A stretch of DNA of 64,000 nt from assembly GCF_009914755.1 (NCBI RefSeq), contig NC_060925.1; one strand, given 5' to 3'. The stretch is from the human T2T-CHM13v2.0 reference genome, Homo sapiens. The position numbers were made by a program, and so were the translations under genes. The notes under the pieces were generated by a model, which did no database searches, was not told where the DNA came from, and saw only the letters and a list, made by a program, of their open reading frames with translations. This document shows positions 13,507 to 28,613 of this stretch, piece by piece. The stretch's first letter is position 1, and the number at the start of each line of letters is the position of its first letter.

Positions 13507-14440
13507 AGCAGTATATGTATGTTTGTGTGTGTGTGGTATGTATATGGATATATGCACATGTATATATCTTACCTATGCCTTTTTGAAGGGTAATATGAAC
13601 TGGTCCTCCTTCATTCATTTATTTTTTCAAAACAACCATCAAATGCACTACTTCTAAGGTAACAGAGTACAATTCAGGGTGTGGCTGAAAGAGAGAGGAC
13701 TGATATAGAGTAAGTATGGAAATAATAATCAAGCTGGTTGACTAGATAAGCCAGGGAATTGTCTCCCATTGCAGAACTGTTCAGGTCTTCTCAGCTCCTT
13801 CCCGCATCTCTTGCCCTTGCCACAATCAGCACCACCCAGTATCCCATGGCTCCACTCTGCCATTGCTGCCTCTATTGTGATCCTCCATGGTTCCTCCTGA
13901 ATGCACCCAGTTCTGATGGCTGGGCCCTGACAAATTGAGGGTGAAGATTTTTCCCCAGAAGAAAAAAAAAAGGACAAAGGTAAGACCCTCCCCACCCCTT
14001 CTGGCCTCAGCCAGGGAATCCTCCCTTGTAGAATGTAACAAATATCGAAATCTTTCCAGGTACTTTATCTTGGCCCCTGGCCCCCTATTTTAAGTGGGAT
14101 AATTTATACAATGTCTAGCCACATAGTAGGCATTCAACAAATTTCAGCATAGTAGGTGTTCACCATATTTGTTGAACAAATAAACATCTTGACATAAATA
14201 TTCTTTCTCTTGCAAATATGATTCTGAAAGATCTGACCCATTCCTAATGATGCTTTTATTATTCTTAAGAATATTCTCCTTTCTTCCCATCCAAGAAACA
14301 CATCTTCAATTCTGCAACAAAAGTCTCTGGGTAAAGTCGACTTGATTCAGTGACCTTGATTTATTGAAATTGCTTGTGCCATAAACAGAAGCACATGCAG
14401 TAAGCCAGTAGCTGAGAGGAGTTCAGCCTCAACTTGACCC

Positions 14441-14695
14441 ATGCTGGCACCCCCATTCTCATGGCTGGCACCCCAGCCTACACAGCTAGAACCCAGTTTA
14501 CATCTCTGGCTGGTATCCAGTCCACACAGCTGGCACCCAGTCCCGACACCTGGCTGGCACCCCAGTGCACACAGCTGGCACTGCAGCCCACAGATGGTGG
14601 CCCAGTCCACACAGCTGGTTGGAATCCAGGTCCTCACAGCCGGCACCCACTCCACACAGCTGGCACCCCAGAATGGTTGCTGTACCAGCTGGAAG
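14441..14695 (+). repeat. Degenerate minisatellite, unit about 20 bp (CAGCTGGCACCCAGTCCACA), about 12 copies
   Basis: gctggcaccc / tccacacagc recurs at roughly 20-bp spacing. Confidence 0.8.
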
Positions 14696-15477
14696 CTACT
14701 CACTGCTCTCTGCTGTGTCTACAGCAGTCTGCACTGGCCTCTGAACGCAACCCAAGTCACTCTTCTGTTCTCACCACACAAAAAAAGCCTAAGTTACACT
14801 GGGAGGGAACAAGGCAAGATGCCTAGGACAACTGCCTAGCCACAAGAGGTTCAGATACTCCCACAATAAACCTCTTCCTTTAAGAGTCTCAGAAAAGAAA
14901 GTACTAACAGGTTTCTCAGATGGTGTGAGTGCAGTTCTACTCCGAGACTTTTTGGAGCAACTTTGACCTTCAAGGTGCCAGTGCTGACCCAGGCACAGCA
15001 AAGTCAAAAGCATGCCTAGGCCGACCTCAAGAGCAAGGGCCCTGTGAAGGTCAGGCTGTGACCCTCGTGAAGGTGTAGTGACAGTGGTGAGGAGACTCCT
15101 CATTCCCAAAGCCCCTCCAGACAAACCCAGGCAAATATGAACACTGGAGTCAGAGCAGGTGGAGAGAAGCGTCACAGGAGTTAAGGATGCTGGACCAGAC
15201 AGTCCACAGTGGATCCAGCAAAATGTCAGGAACAGTGTCCTGCTGAGATGGAACAGACTTTGAGGGACACACATGCATTCATACCTAAGTCTTTATGATC
15301 TTTAAACACCTCTGGTGATTTTTAAAGAGACACCTGAATGTAGCACTTGTTGAAACACCTGGGAGAGATGCAGCAGGTGCACCCCTAAGCCCAGGCCAGG
15401 AATATTCCTGAGAGAGCAATCGAAGGAGGACAGCTCACTTGAGCCCATGGCTCTTGGTCATTTAAGGCTCAGTGGCA

Positions 15478-15613
15478 GCTGGGCTCAGTAACTCATGCCT
15501 GTAATTCCAGCACTTTGGGAGGTGGGGGTGGGAGGATTGCTTGAGCCTGGGAGTTCAAGTCCAGCCTCGGCAGCATAGACCCCATCTCTACAGGAAAAAA
15601 AAAAAAAAAAAAA
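15478..15613 (+). mobile_element. FLAM/Alu left monomer
   Basis: Single Alu arm ending in poly(A), flanked by ctcagtggca/ctcagaggca. Confidence 0.8.
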
Positions 15614-15788
15614 TCTCAGAGGCATTGCCATTTGTTCTCTGTGTTACCTTGGGCATGCCTGCTTTACTCTCTCAGCCTCCATTTGCTCATCCTAAAAATG
15701 AGGATAGTGCTTAGCTTCCTTCTGCTGCTGCCTCAGTCTGAGCTGATCCAGTTAGATTCTCTCTCTCTAGGGCATTCGAAAGTATAAT

Positions 15789-16078
15789 GGGCCAGGTACA
15801 ATGGCTTATGCCTGTAATCCCAGCACTTTGAGAGGTCGAGGTGGGTGGATTACTTGAGTCCAGGAGTTCGAGACCAGCCTGGGCAACATGGTAAAACCTC
15901 ATCTCAACAAAAAATACAAAAATTAGCCAGGCTTGGTGATGGGCATCTATAGTCCCAGCTACTAGGGAGGCTGAGATGGGAGGATCACTTGAGCCCTAGA
16001 GGTTGAGGCTACACGGAGCCAAGATTGCACCACTGCACTCCAGCCTGAGTGACAAAGCAAGATCTTGTCTAAAAAAGA
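15789..16078 (+). mobile_element. AluJ
   Basis: Dimer with J-type ggaggatcacttgagccc. Confidence 0.85.
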
Positions 16079-16096
16079 AGTAGGATGGAGAGATCA

Positions 16097-16599
16097 CATA
16101 AGGGAGCCATGGATATTGTCCATTTGCACCTCCACTTCCACCCACCATCCTTCGCTGCCCTGCTCTGTGCTCTGGGAGGCTGAACTCTATCTGTGGTTTC
16201 ATCATTTGGCCTTCCTGACCTCCTGGATTCAAGTCAGATTTGGCCAACACAAGACACCAGCAGGACATGGATGAGTGGAAGGAGAGACAAGAAGAGGAAT
16301 TTATTTCTACTGCTCCCTCCCTTCCAGGCCATGGTGTGACAGTGGCTGAGTTCCTCTACCTGAAGCCATGACTTCTCCATCCATACAGCCATTGCTAGGT
16401 TCAATAATGCCACTCCCTCCCCTCACTCTTCCAGGTCTCCAGGAGGAGATGGATTTTCCACGTTGCCAGCCCCAGGAAGCTATAGCATCTCTTGTAGATT
16501 TCCCTGAACCTTGCAGTGGTTAAATCATCCCTTCTCTAAGCTCTCTTTGACCACACTTTTGAGCAGGCCATTTGTGTCCTGCTGGACCCCTAACAATAC
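16097..16599 (+). mobile_element. LTR33-like ERV-L solo LTR within an LTR16-like relic (about 15710-16865)
   Basis: gctctgtgctctgggaggctga...tttggccaa...cagtggctgagttcctctacc...cctgctggacccctaacaataca. Confidence 0.6.
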
Positions 16600-17990
16600 A
16601 GGGAGCCAAGCTGGAAAGGCTCATAGATTTCACAGCTTGAGGTCACGATTTGGGGGCAGTTATGATGGCCCTTGTAGAAGAAGGACCATGTGACCCCAGA
16701 AAGAGTCATAGAGGGAGAATAGCTGCTTGAAGACTTTCTATGATGACAAGGCCTGGCCATGTAACCTACACTTAGAGTCTATGAGTTCCCTTACAACAAC
16801 CCCCTGTGGCTGAGCTGACTTGAGTGGCTTCTGATTATTTCATTAATGGCCCACTGATTGAAACATAGGCCTGTCTTCATCCCCTTCTAGGAAGGCAGCT
16901 GACTGCCATTTCCTGCAAGAACTGGAATTTCTACTGGTGAAAATGTCCATACCCCCTTAGAAAGCAAGCACCAAGTGGACAGGTTCTGTATCTGGTCTTG
17001 TGTGCATGGTGTTCTCAGTACTCAGCCTAGCACCTAGCAGAGTAGTCACTCAATACATGGTACTGAACGAATTTTTAAAATACTTTCCAAGCAAATGCAT
17101 TTGTTGGTTTCACAGGCACAAGATCATTACAGAGAAGATGCTCAGTTCAGAAAGACATTGGGCATTTGCTCTTTAGCTGAATACACACCAGAGTCCAATT
17201 TTCTCTCCCACCCAAACTGCCTTTGATTTATCAATGTTCTAAGAAGCCGGTTGCTCATGGCTGACCAGGAATTCCTTCCCGGGCTTGAAAGGGCACTAGA
17301 GGAGAAGGAACTTGCCTCTAAATACATAAGACTTGAGCACTTGCTTTCCAATTTTCAAATGTGAAGACAGGAGAGCAACAAAAAAAAGGTTGGAAAAAGA
17401 AACTTTGGCTGGATATAGACGATAAATATTCTTAGAACTATAGGTTCTCAGAATTGGAAGGAATGTTCCAAGTTGGCAAATGCAGTTTCCTAGAAATGGC
17501 AAAATAGCCCTCTATGAAGGCTGAAGACTCCTCTTGACCAGCTCAGAGTGGCTCAGTACCTCCACAGAGTCCTCTGTCTCTCAGCAAAGGCCTACCACCC
17601 CAAAGAAGGCAGGCAGGTGGGTGTGCAAGGCTCACCTGTAGATGTAGAAAATGGGGTGATGTTGTGCTCATGGCAGGTTTGACAGGACATGTGGCAACAC
17701 AGGCATCCAATGGAAGTGGCAGAGACAGAGTCAGGAGTGGGAAGTCATAGGTACCCACATCACCCATGGCAGGGTGCTCCTCACGTAGCCCAGTGCTTCT
17801 TAAACACTGCCACATCTCTGTTTCAAGGCCTGCCATTGGCAAGTACAGCCCAGGAACCTGGGCTGGAGATGCTGCTGCTACCAAGAATGTACCACCTCCA
17901 CCAGCTTGGCCCACAGGGTTGAGCCTACAGTGCTAGGTCCATCTCACAAAAGGCTACTAATGATCAGAACGGCTCTATCAGAAGCATGTT

Positions 17991-18030
17991 ATATTATATT
18001 ATATTATATTATATTATATTATATTATATT
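17991..18030 (+). repeat. (ATATT)8 microsatellite
   Basis: Read directly from the sequence. Confidence 0.95.
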
Positions 18031-18902
18031 AGACTCATTTTACGCATGAAGAAACTGAGGCCTGGAGGAGTTAAGCCACTTGTCAGTGGCCAAGAAGAGG
18101 TGAAGCAAGGACATGAATCACAGTTGGGATCAGAAGCTCATGATCATTCAAGAGAGGCAGGTGTCTGGTGGAGTGTGAAGGGGGAGAAGGTGGAGGGTGG
18201 AGGGAAAGATCAAAAGAGTAAGGAGAGGCTTTGAGGAAGGCACGGGCAGAGCCTTCAAGGTTAGGCAGGGATTCTCCTGGTCACCAGAGAAAGGGCATTC
18301 CAGCCAGGGGCACAAGAAAGCACCAGCTCAGAGATGCCAGGCATCCTGCTGAGTCAGGAACACTGCCATCTCTCTATAAATGCTGGTATATTAAATAGTA
18401 GGATTCGACTCTAAACTCATTCAACAAATGCCTCCGAGGTGCCAGACTCTGTTCTAGAAGCTGGGAATACAGCCTTCAACGAGATAGACAGAATTCCCTT
18501 CCTGAGAGAGCTTACATGCTAGTGAGAAAGACAGACAATAAAAAAATAGATAACTAACTCTACAGTGTGTTAGGTGATAAATGCTGTGCAGACAAATAAA
18601 GCAGAAAAGGGAATTAAGCAGAGAGTTCTGGAAGAAAAAGAAGGTCAGGGAAGATATATTTGAGTCTTTTTTTTTTTTTTTTAATTTTTTTTTTTTTATT
18701 ATACTCTAAGTTTTAGGGTACATGTGCACATTGTGCAGGTTAGTTACATATGTATACATGTGCCATGCTGGTGCGCTGCACCCACTAACGTGTCATCTAG
18801 CATTAGGTATATCTCCCAATGCTATCCCTCCCCCCTCCCCCCACCCAACCACAGTCCCCAGAGTGTGATATTCCCCTTCCTGTGTCCATGTGATCTCATT
18901 GT

Positions 18903-22755
<3,853 letters not shown>

Positions 22756-22794
22756 TCATTAGTTGATGCAGTTTCTTCCTAGTCTCGATGGTCT

Positions 22795-23811
22795 TTACAT
22801 TTTGGCATGATTTTGCAGCGGCTGGTACCGGTTGTTCCTTTCCATGTTTAGCGCTTCCTTCAGGAGCTCTTTTAGGGCAGGCCTGGTGGTGACAAAATCT
22901 CTCAGCATTTGCTTGTCTATAAAGTATTTTATTTCTCCTTCACTTATGAAGCTTAGTTTGGCTGGATATGAAATTCTGGGTTGAAAATTCTTTTCTTTAA
23001 GAATGTTGAATATTGGCCCCCACTCTCTTCTGGCTTGTAGGGTTTCTGCCGAGAGATCCGCTGTTAGTCTCATGGGCTTTCCTTTGAGGGTAACCCGACC
23101 TTTCTCTCTGGCTGCCCTTAACATTTTTTCCTTCATTTCAACTTTGGTGAATCTGACAATTATGTGTCTTGGAGTTGCTCTTCTCGAGGAGTATCTTTGT
23201 GGCGTTCTCTGTATTTCCTGAATCTGAACGTTGGCCTGCCTTGCTAGATTGGGGAAGTTCTCCTGGATAATATCCTGCAGAGTGTTTTCCAACTTGGTTC
23301 CATTCTCCACATCACTTTCAGGTACACCAATCAGACGTAGATTTGGTCTTTTCACATAGTCCCATATTTCTTGGAGGCTTTGCTCATTTCTTTTTATTCT
23401 TTTTTCTCTAAACTTCCCTTCTCGCTTCATTTCATTCATTTCATCTTCCATTGCTGATACCCTTTCTTCCAGTTGATCGCATCGGCTCCTGAGGCTTCTG
23501 CATTCTTCACGTAGTTCTCGAGCCTTGGTTTTCAGCTCCATCAGCTCCTTTAAGCACTTCTCTGTATTGGTTATTCTAGTTATACATTCTTCTAAATTTT
23601 TTTCAAAGTTTTCAACTTCTTTGCCTTTGGTTTGAATGTCCTCCCGTAGCTCAGAGTAATTTGATCGTCTGAAGCCTTCTTCTCTCAGCTCGTCAAAATC
23701 ATTCTCCATCCAGCTTTGTTCTGTTGCTGGTGAGGAACTGCGTTCCTTTGGAGGAGGAGAGGCGCTCTGCGTTTTAGAGTTTCCAGTTTTTCTGTTCTGT
23801 TTTTTCCCCAT
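22795..23811 (-). CDS. ORF1: L1 ORF1p RNA-binding chaperone, intact, 338 aa
   Basis: MGKKQNRKTGNSK...PLQNHAKM at full length, with REKG, ARR and YPAKLS motifs intact. Confidence 0.97.
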   Translation of the reverse strand: MGKKQNRKTGNSKTQSASPPPKERSSSPATEQSWMENDFDELREEGFRRSNYSELREDIQTKGKEVENFEKNLEECITRITNTEKCLKELMELKTKARELREECRSLRSRCDQLEERVSAMEDEMNEMKREGKFREKRIKRNEQSLQEIWDYVKRPNLRLIGVPESDVENGTKLENTLQDIIQENFPNLARQANVQIQEIQRTPQRYSSRRATPRHIIVRFTKVEMKEKMLRAAREKGRVTLKGKPMRLTADLSAETLQARREWGPIFNILKEKNFQPRISYPAKLSFISEGEIKYFIDKQMLRDFVTTRPALKELLKEALNMERNNRYQPLQNHAKM

Positions 23812-24716
23812 CTTTGTGGTTTCATCTACTTTTGGTCTTTGATGATGGTGATGTACAGATGGGTTTTCGGTGTAGATGTCCTTTCTGGTTGTTAGTTTTC
23901 CTTCTAACAGACAGGACCCTCAGCTGCAGGTCTGTTGGAATACCCTGCCGTGTGAGGTGTCAGTGTGCCCCTGCTGGGGGGTGCCTCCCAGTTAGGCTGC
24001 TCGGGGGTCAGGGGTCAGGGACCCACTTGAGGAGGCAGTCTGCCCGTTCTCAGATCTCCAGTTGCGTGCTGGGAGAACCACTGCTCTCTTCAAAGCTGTC
24101 AGACAGGGACACTTAAGTCTGCAGAGGTTACTGCTGTCTTTTTGTTTGTCTGTGCCCTGCCCCCAGAGGTGGAGCCTACAGAGGCAGGCAGGCCTCCTTG
24201 AGCTGTGGTGGGCTCCACCCAGTTCGAGCTTCCCAGCTGCTTTGTTTACCTAAGCAAGCCTGGGCAATGGCGGGCGCCCCTCCCCCAGCCTCGTTGCCGC
24301 CTTGCAGTTTGATCTCAGACTGCTGTGCTAGCAATCAGCGAGATTCCGTGGGCGTAGGACCCTCTGAGCCAGGTGTGGGATATAGTCTTGTGGTGCACCG
24401 TTTCTTAAGCCGGTCTGAAAAGCGCAATATTCGGGTGGGAGTGACCCGATTTTCCAGGTGCGTCCGTCACCCCTTTCTTTGACTCGGAAAGGGAACTCCC
24501 TGACCCCTTGCGCTTCCCAGGTGAGGCAATGCCTCGCCCTGCTTCGGCTCGCGCATGGTGCGCGCACACACTGGCCTGCGCCCACTGTCTGGCACTCCCT
24601 AGTGAGATGAACCCGGTACCTCAGATGGAAATGCAGAAATCACCCGTCTTCTGCGTCGCTCACGCTGGGAGCTGTAGACCGGAGCTGTTCCTATTCGGCC
24701 ATCTTGGCTCCTCCCC
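23812..24716 (-). promoter_or_regulatory. L1 5'UTR with sense internal promoter, antisense promoter and CpG island
   Basis: YY1 site CAAGATGGCCG is intact (plus strand cggccatcttg, 24696-24706) and many CpGs are retained. Confidence 0.9.
24267..24482 (+). CDS. ORF0: L1 ORF0 (antisense, 71 aa), intact
   Basis: MAGAPPPASLPPCSLISDCCASNQRDSVGVG...RCVRHPFL, with start context gcaATGg. Confidence 0.85.
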   Translation: MAGAPPPASLPPCSLISDCCASNQRDSVGVGPSEPGVGYSLVVHRFLSRSEKRNIRVGVTRFSRCVRHPFL

Positions 24717-25789
24717 TTGAGTCTTTACTCAACTATATTGAAGGATACTTGAGCAAAGACTTGAAAGGGTGAGAGAGCAAGAGATTCAGATATTTAGGCA
24801 ACAGCACATGCAAAGGCCCTGAGGCAGAGGCATTCTGGGTGTTTGAGGAACATTGAGGATCCAGTGGAGGAAGTGAGAAAGAGGCAACTGGACTGACTGG
24901 GGCATCTTCCTACACCTCAGCCTCCTCACCTATATAAAGGGTGCAACTTTCCCAGGTGCCTGGGGACCAGGATACCTCATGAATACTTTCCACTGCCCTC
25001 TCCCCTGGGGTCTGAGTATTGCTCTGTCTGAGTAAAACAGATCTCACATAAAAGCCAAGGGGCGGCTTACTAGGAAGCCAAGGCAGGGCCTCGCGGGATA
25101 GAGGACAGAGCAGGCAGGGGAGTGAGAGGGTAGGGTGCGGTCTGGGGAAAGAGAAGCAAGGGACCATTCTTATATTCTCTGGACACGACTTGTGGGCCAG
25201 GAGGAAGAAGGGAAGGAGAGGATAAGCAGGAGGCCAAGTCAGCTTCCTCATTCCCCAGGGCTCCCATATTGGTTAGGGAAGGAAGAACTGGATGAGGAAA
25301 TCAGTGAGCAGAAGGAGTCTAACCCCTGAAAAGTGGGCACTTGTCCCTCCTCACCCCAACAGAAGAGGGGAGCCTGGATCCCTCAAAGACATGGCTGCTA
25401 ATGGTGTCTCTCAAACTCCAACTAAGCCCCCAACTCTGAAATTGCACTATGGCTTTCTTCTGCCCGTGTCCACCCAGATGCCTCCACTGCCTGCCCACCA
25501 GTGGCCGAGGCATCTGCAAACTTCCAACCCAACCCCCACTCCCAAAGTGGGACCTGGTCAGCTGGGCCGGGGCACAGCCAGCTCTGGGCTGGAGAAACAG
25601 CTGTCATTTCCTGGGGCTTGACCCTCAGGGTGCAGCAAACCTCTGGCTTTTAGAGACACCCCAAGGGAGGGACTAAGAAGAGAATGGTGTCCCAACAGAA
25701 GGTGGGCAAGCACTGAGAATCATCTTAGCTCTGTTCCCCTCACTCTTCATAGTTCTCCAATAGAGAAACTAAGAGACTGGATTGTGTAC

Positions 25790-26075
25790 AGAGGGGCAAG
25801 ACATAGAAAGAGACAGGAGCAATGGACAAGTGACATGAGAATCAGAGGGAGAGAGAGGAGAGACAGCAAGGTGGGGACAGAAACAGAGCTGGAATAGGAA
25901 GAGAGCCCAAGACAGAGAGAGAGAGAGAGAGGCAGAAAAATAGACAGATACAGAGGCAGGGGGTGATACGAAGAGACAGAGAGGGAGTGACAGGCAGAGA
26001 GAGGAAGAGAGAAGGACAGGAAAAAGTGTTGAGCGAAGTAATGAGAAGGAGGCAGAGAACAGAGAGACACAGACA
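25790..26075 (+). repeat. GA-rich low-complexity tract
   Basis: Purine-rich strand with (GA)n and gacaga units. Confidence 0.85.
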
Positions 26076-26102
26076 GGAATTCTGGGCCCAAAAAGGGCTG
26101 TC

Positions 26103-26408
26103 GGCCAGGCATGGTGGCTCACATCTGGAATCCCAGCACTTTGGGAGGCTGATGTGGGCAGATTGCTTGAGCCCAGGAGTTCAAGACCAGCTTAGGCAAC
26201 ATGTCAAAACCCCATCTCTACAAAAAAAAAAAAAAGAAAAAGAAAAAAATAGCCATGAACAGTGCTGCGCCCCTGTAGTCCCAGTTACTCAGGAGGCTGA
26301 GGTGGGAGGATCAATTGAGCCAAAGAGCTCAAGTATGTAGTGAGCCAAGATCACTCCACTGCACTCCAGCCTGGGCGACAGAGCAAGACCCTGTCTCAAA
26401 ACAAAAAC
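26103..26408 (+). mobile_element. AluJ
   Basis: Dimer with J-type ggaggatcaattgagcc and an expanded central A-linker. Confidence 0.85.
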
Positions 26409-26729
26409 AGAGTGCTGTGTCTCTCTGCCATTGCACCCTGTCATCTGCTTGCTGAAGCTACAAAAGACATAGGACTGAGGTCCTCCCCCGCCAGTCTCCC
26501 AGCAGGGCCTCTTGGAGAAGACCTCCCAACCCAAACATTTGTCATCCCACAGCCCATCTAGGAAGATCCCATCAGCTACCCTCTCCCAAACCTCATCCCC
26601 ACCATGCCTGCCCTGGACTTGCTCCCCAACCAGTGGGTGCCAGGGGAAGGGGGTGCACCCTGGGAGGCAGGCAATAGGGGATGTATTCTCTGCAGAGAAT
26701 CTTAACACAGTAATAAAATGGAGTCTCTT

Positions 26730-27142
26730 GGATTTTTAACTCATAGATAACATTGAATGTTTTTATCATGTACACCATGATGTTTTAAAGAATATATACA
26801 TCCTCCCGAGTAGCTGGGACTACAGGCGCCCGCCACCACGCCCGGCTAATTTTTTTGTATTTTTAGTAGAGAGGGGTTTCACTGTGTTAGCCAGGATGGT
26901 CTCGATCTCCTGACCTCGTGATCCGCCCGCCTCGGCCTCCCAAAGTGCTGGGATTACAGGCGTGAGCCACCACGCCAGGCCTACATTTTTCAAGAATACA
27001 ACACATCATTATTAACTATAGTCACCCCACTGTACAATAGATGTCTTGAAATTTATTCCTCCTATCTAACCGTAATTATGTATCCTTTTACCGACATTTC
27101 CCCATCCTCCCTCCCTCTAACCACTCCAGCTCGGTAACCACC
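26730..27142 (-). mobile_element. L1MA 3' fragment, interrupted by AluY
   Basis: gtacaccatgatgtttt...ttattaactatagtcacc...gtaaccacc. Confidence 0.7.
26802..26981 (-). mobile_element. AluY lacking its 3' end
   Basis: CpG-rich with Y diagnostics (gatcgagaccatcctggctaacac on the minus strand). It stops mid right arm and has no poly(A). Confidence 0.9.
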
Positions 27143-28126
27143 AGGCTCTTTTTATGATCACCAGGTACTGGCAATTCTAAACATTGTCAGTGATTAAAAT
27201 ACTCTTCCCCAAAAATATTCTTTTGTTGGTAAAATGCTTACAAGTGCTGTGATTAGATTACTGTTGAGTTTTAATATATATTTAATATATGTGTATATAA
27301 TATATTTTTGAATTAGCCCTTTTTGATTCCTTATCCCTTAATGAACATTGAATTCTCCCAGGAGGTTAATACTGAGCCCTTTCGGTTGTACAGTTTGCCC
27401 CCACACATGGGGACTCAGCTACGTGTTCATTTCCAGAGTGTTCCAACATTCAGAATCATTCAAGCTCTCTACAGGAGTGGTTTATGTCTCCAACTCCCGA
27501 GACACTACATATTCCTGTGTTTAAAGAGAAGCTTCTAAATAAACAGTGAGAGCACAGTGATGGTAAAGCAAAGAAACAGAACTTGAGTTCCTTCAATTCT
27601 GTCACTGTATGGGGCCACATGGAATTTTTACTTGTGTATAAATTTTTAAAACAGTAACGCAGAATGCAAACTGCAAGGTGAACCATCTTTTGTTTGGAAG
27701 TGCCAGTTTTAGCTCACACAAGAACTAGTTCACTGGACGTGAATCATATCTTTAACATTAAAATTAATTCTGTTTTTAATTGTTGCTTGTTATAAAATGA
27801 AAGAAGGAATCAAGGAAACAGAAATTGTAATGTTATCGTTTGTTATTGTGACAGACAAATAAGTAAGTATATGTTTCTCCCCTTTTCAAAACATACGTTG
27901 CTGTAATTACAAACTATTAATCCCTTACTTTCTAAATTTTGTATTATAATATTTTATTTATTTTTATTTATATTACTGGCATGGTTTATGTAGGAAGTTC
28001 AATAAAAAAACATTTTACTGAGTTTCTTTTCTGGTCATTATTATTATTGGTTTCATTTCATGATTAGTACTGAAAATAATTGTGTTAAATAGAAGAGGGA
28101 GACTGTTTAAAAGTTGATCCACTCCG

Positions 28127-28360
28127 TGCAAAGACATCAAAACGAGACAATGGACTTTGGGGACTCAGGGGGAATGGGTAGGAAGGGGGTGAGGGATAAA
28201 AGACTATAAATTGAGTGCAGTGTATACTGCTCAGGTGATGGGCGCACCAAAATCTCACAGATCACCACTAAAGAACTCACTCATGTAACCAAACACCACC
28301 TGTTCCCCAATAACCTATGGAAATTTTAAAAAATTTTAAAAATAAATAAAATAAATAAAA
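28127..28360 (+). mobile_element. L1PB1-like 3' end with A-rich tail
   Basis: atggactttggggactc...gggataaaagacta...caccactaaagaactcactcatgtaaccaaacaccacctgttccccaataacctatggaaa. Confidence 0.8.
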
Positions 28361-28613
28361 GACCTGGAGATAACTAGCTAGGCCCTTTGGCCCTTCCACT
28401 CTTTCGCCACATGAGGACACAGCCTTCCTTCCCTCCAGAGGGTGCAGCAACAAGGCACCAACTCGGAAGCAGATACTGGGCCCTCCAGACACCAAACTGC
28501 CAACATCTTGATCTTGGACTTCCAGCCTCCAGAATTGTGAGAAATAAATTCCTGTTCTTTACAAATTACCCATATCAGATATTTTATTATAGCAGCACTA
28601 ATGGACTAATACA
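28361..28613 (+). mobile_element. 3' half of an MST (MSTC/D-like) MaLR LTR, probably L1-transduced
   Basis: gcagcaacaaggcacc...cttgatcttggacttccagcctccagaattgtgagaaataaatt...ggactaataca. The 5' half is absent. Confidence 0.7.

Noticed and set aside
14347-15274. Repetitive ORFs of 118-161 aa, and a CRISPR-like look of the array
   Set aside because: The units are contiguous degenerate tandem repeats with no unique spacers, and the DNA is human. The ORFs are by-products of stop-poor sequence.
18347-18356. ARE/MARE motif tgctgagtca (and atgactcagc at 44571)
   Set aside because: Isolated short motifs with no supporting cluster.
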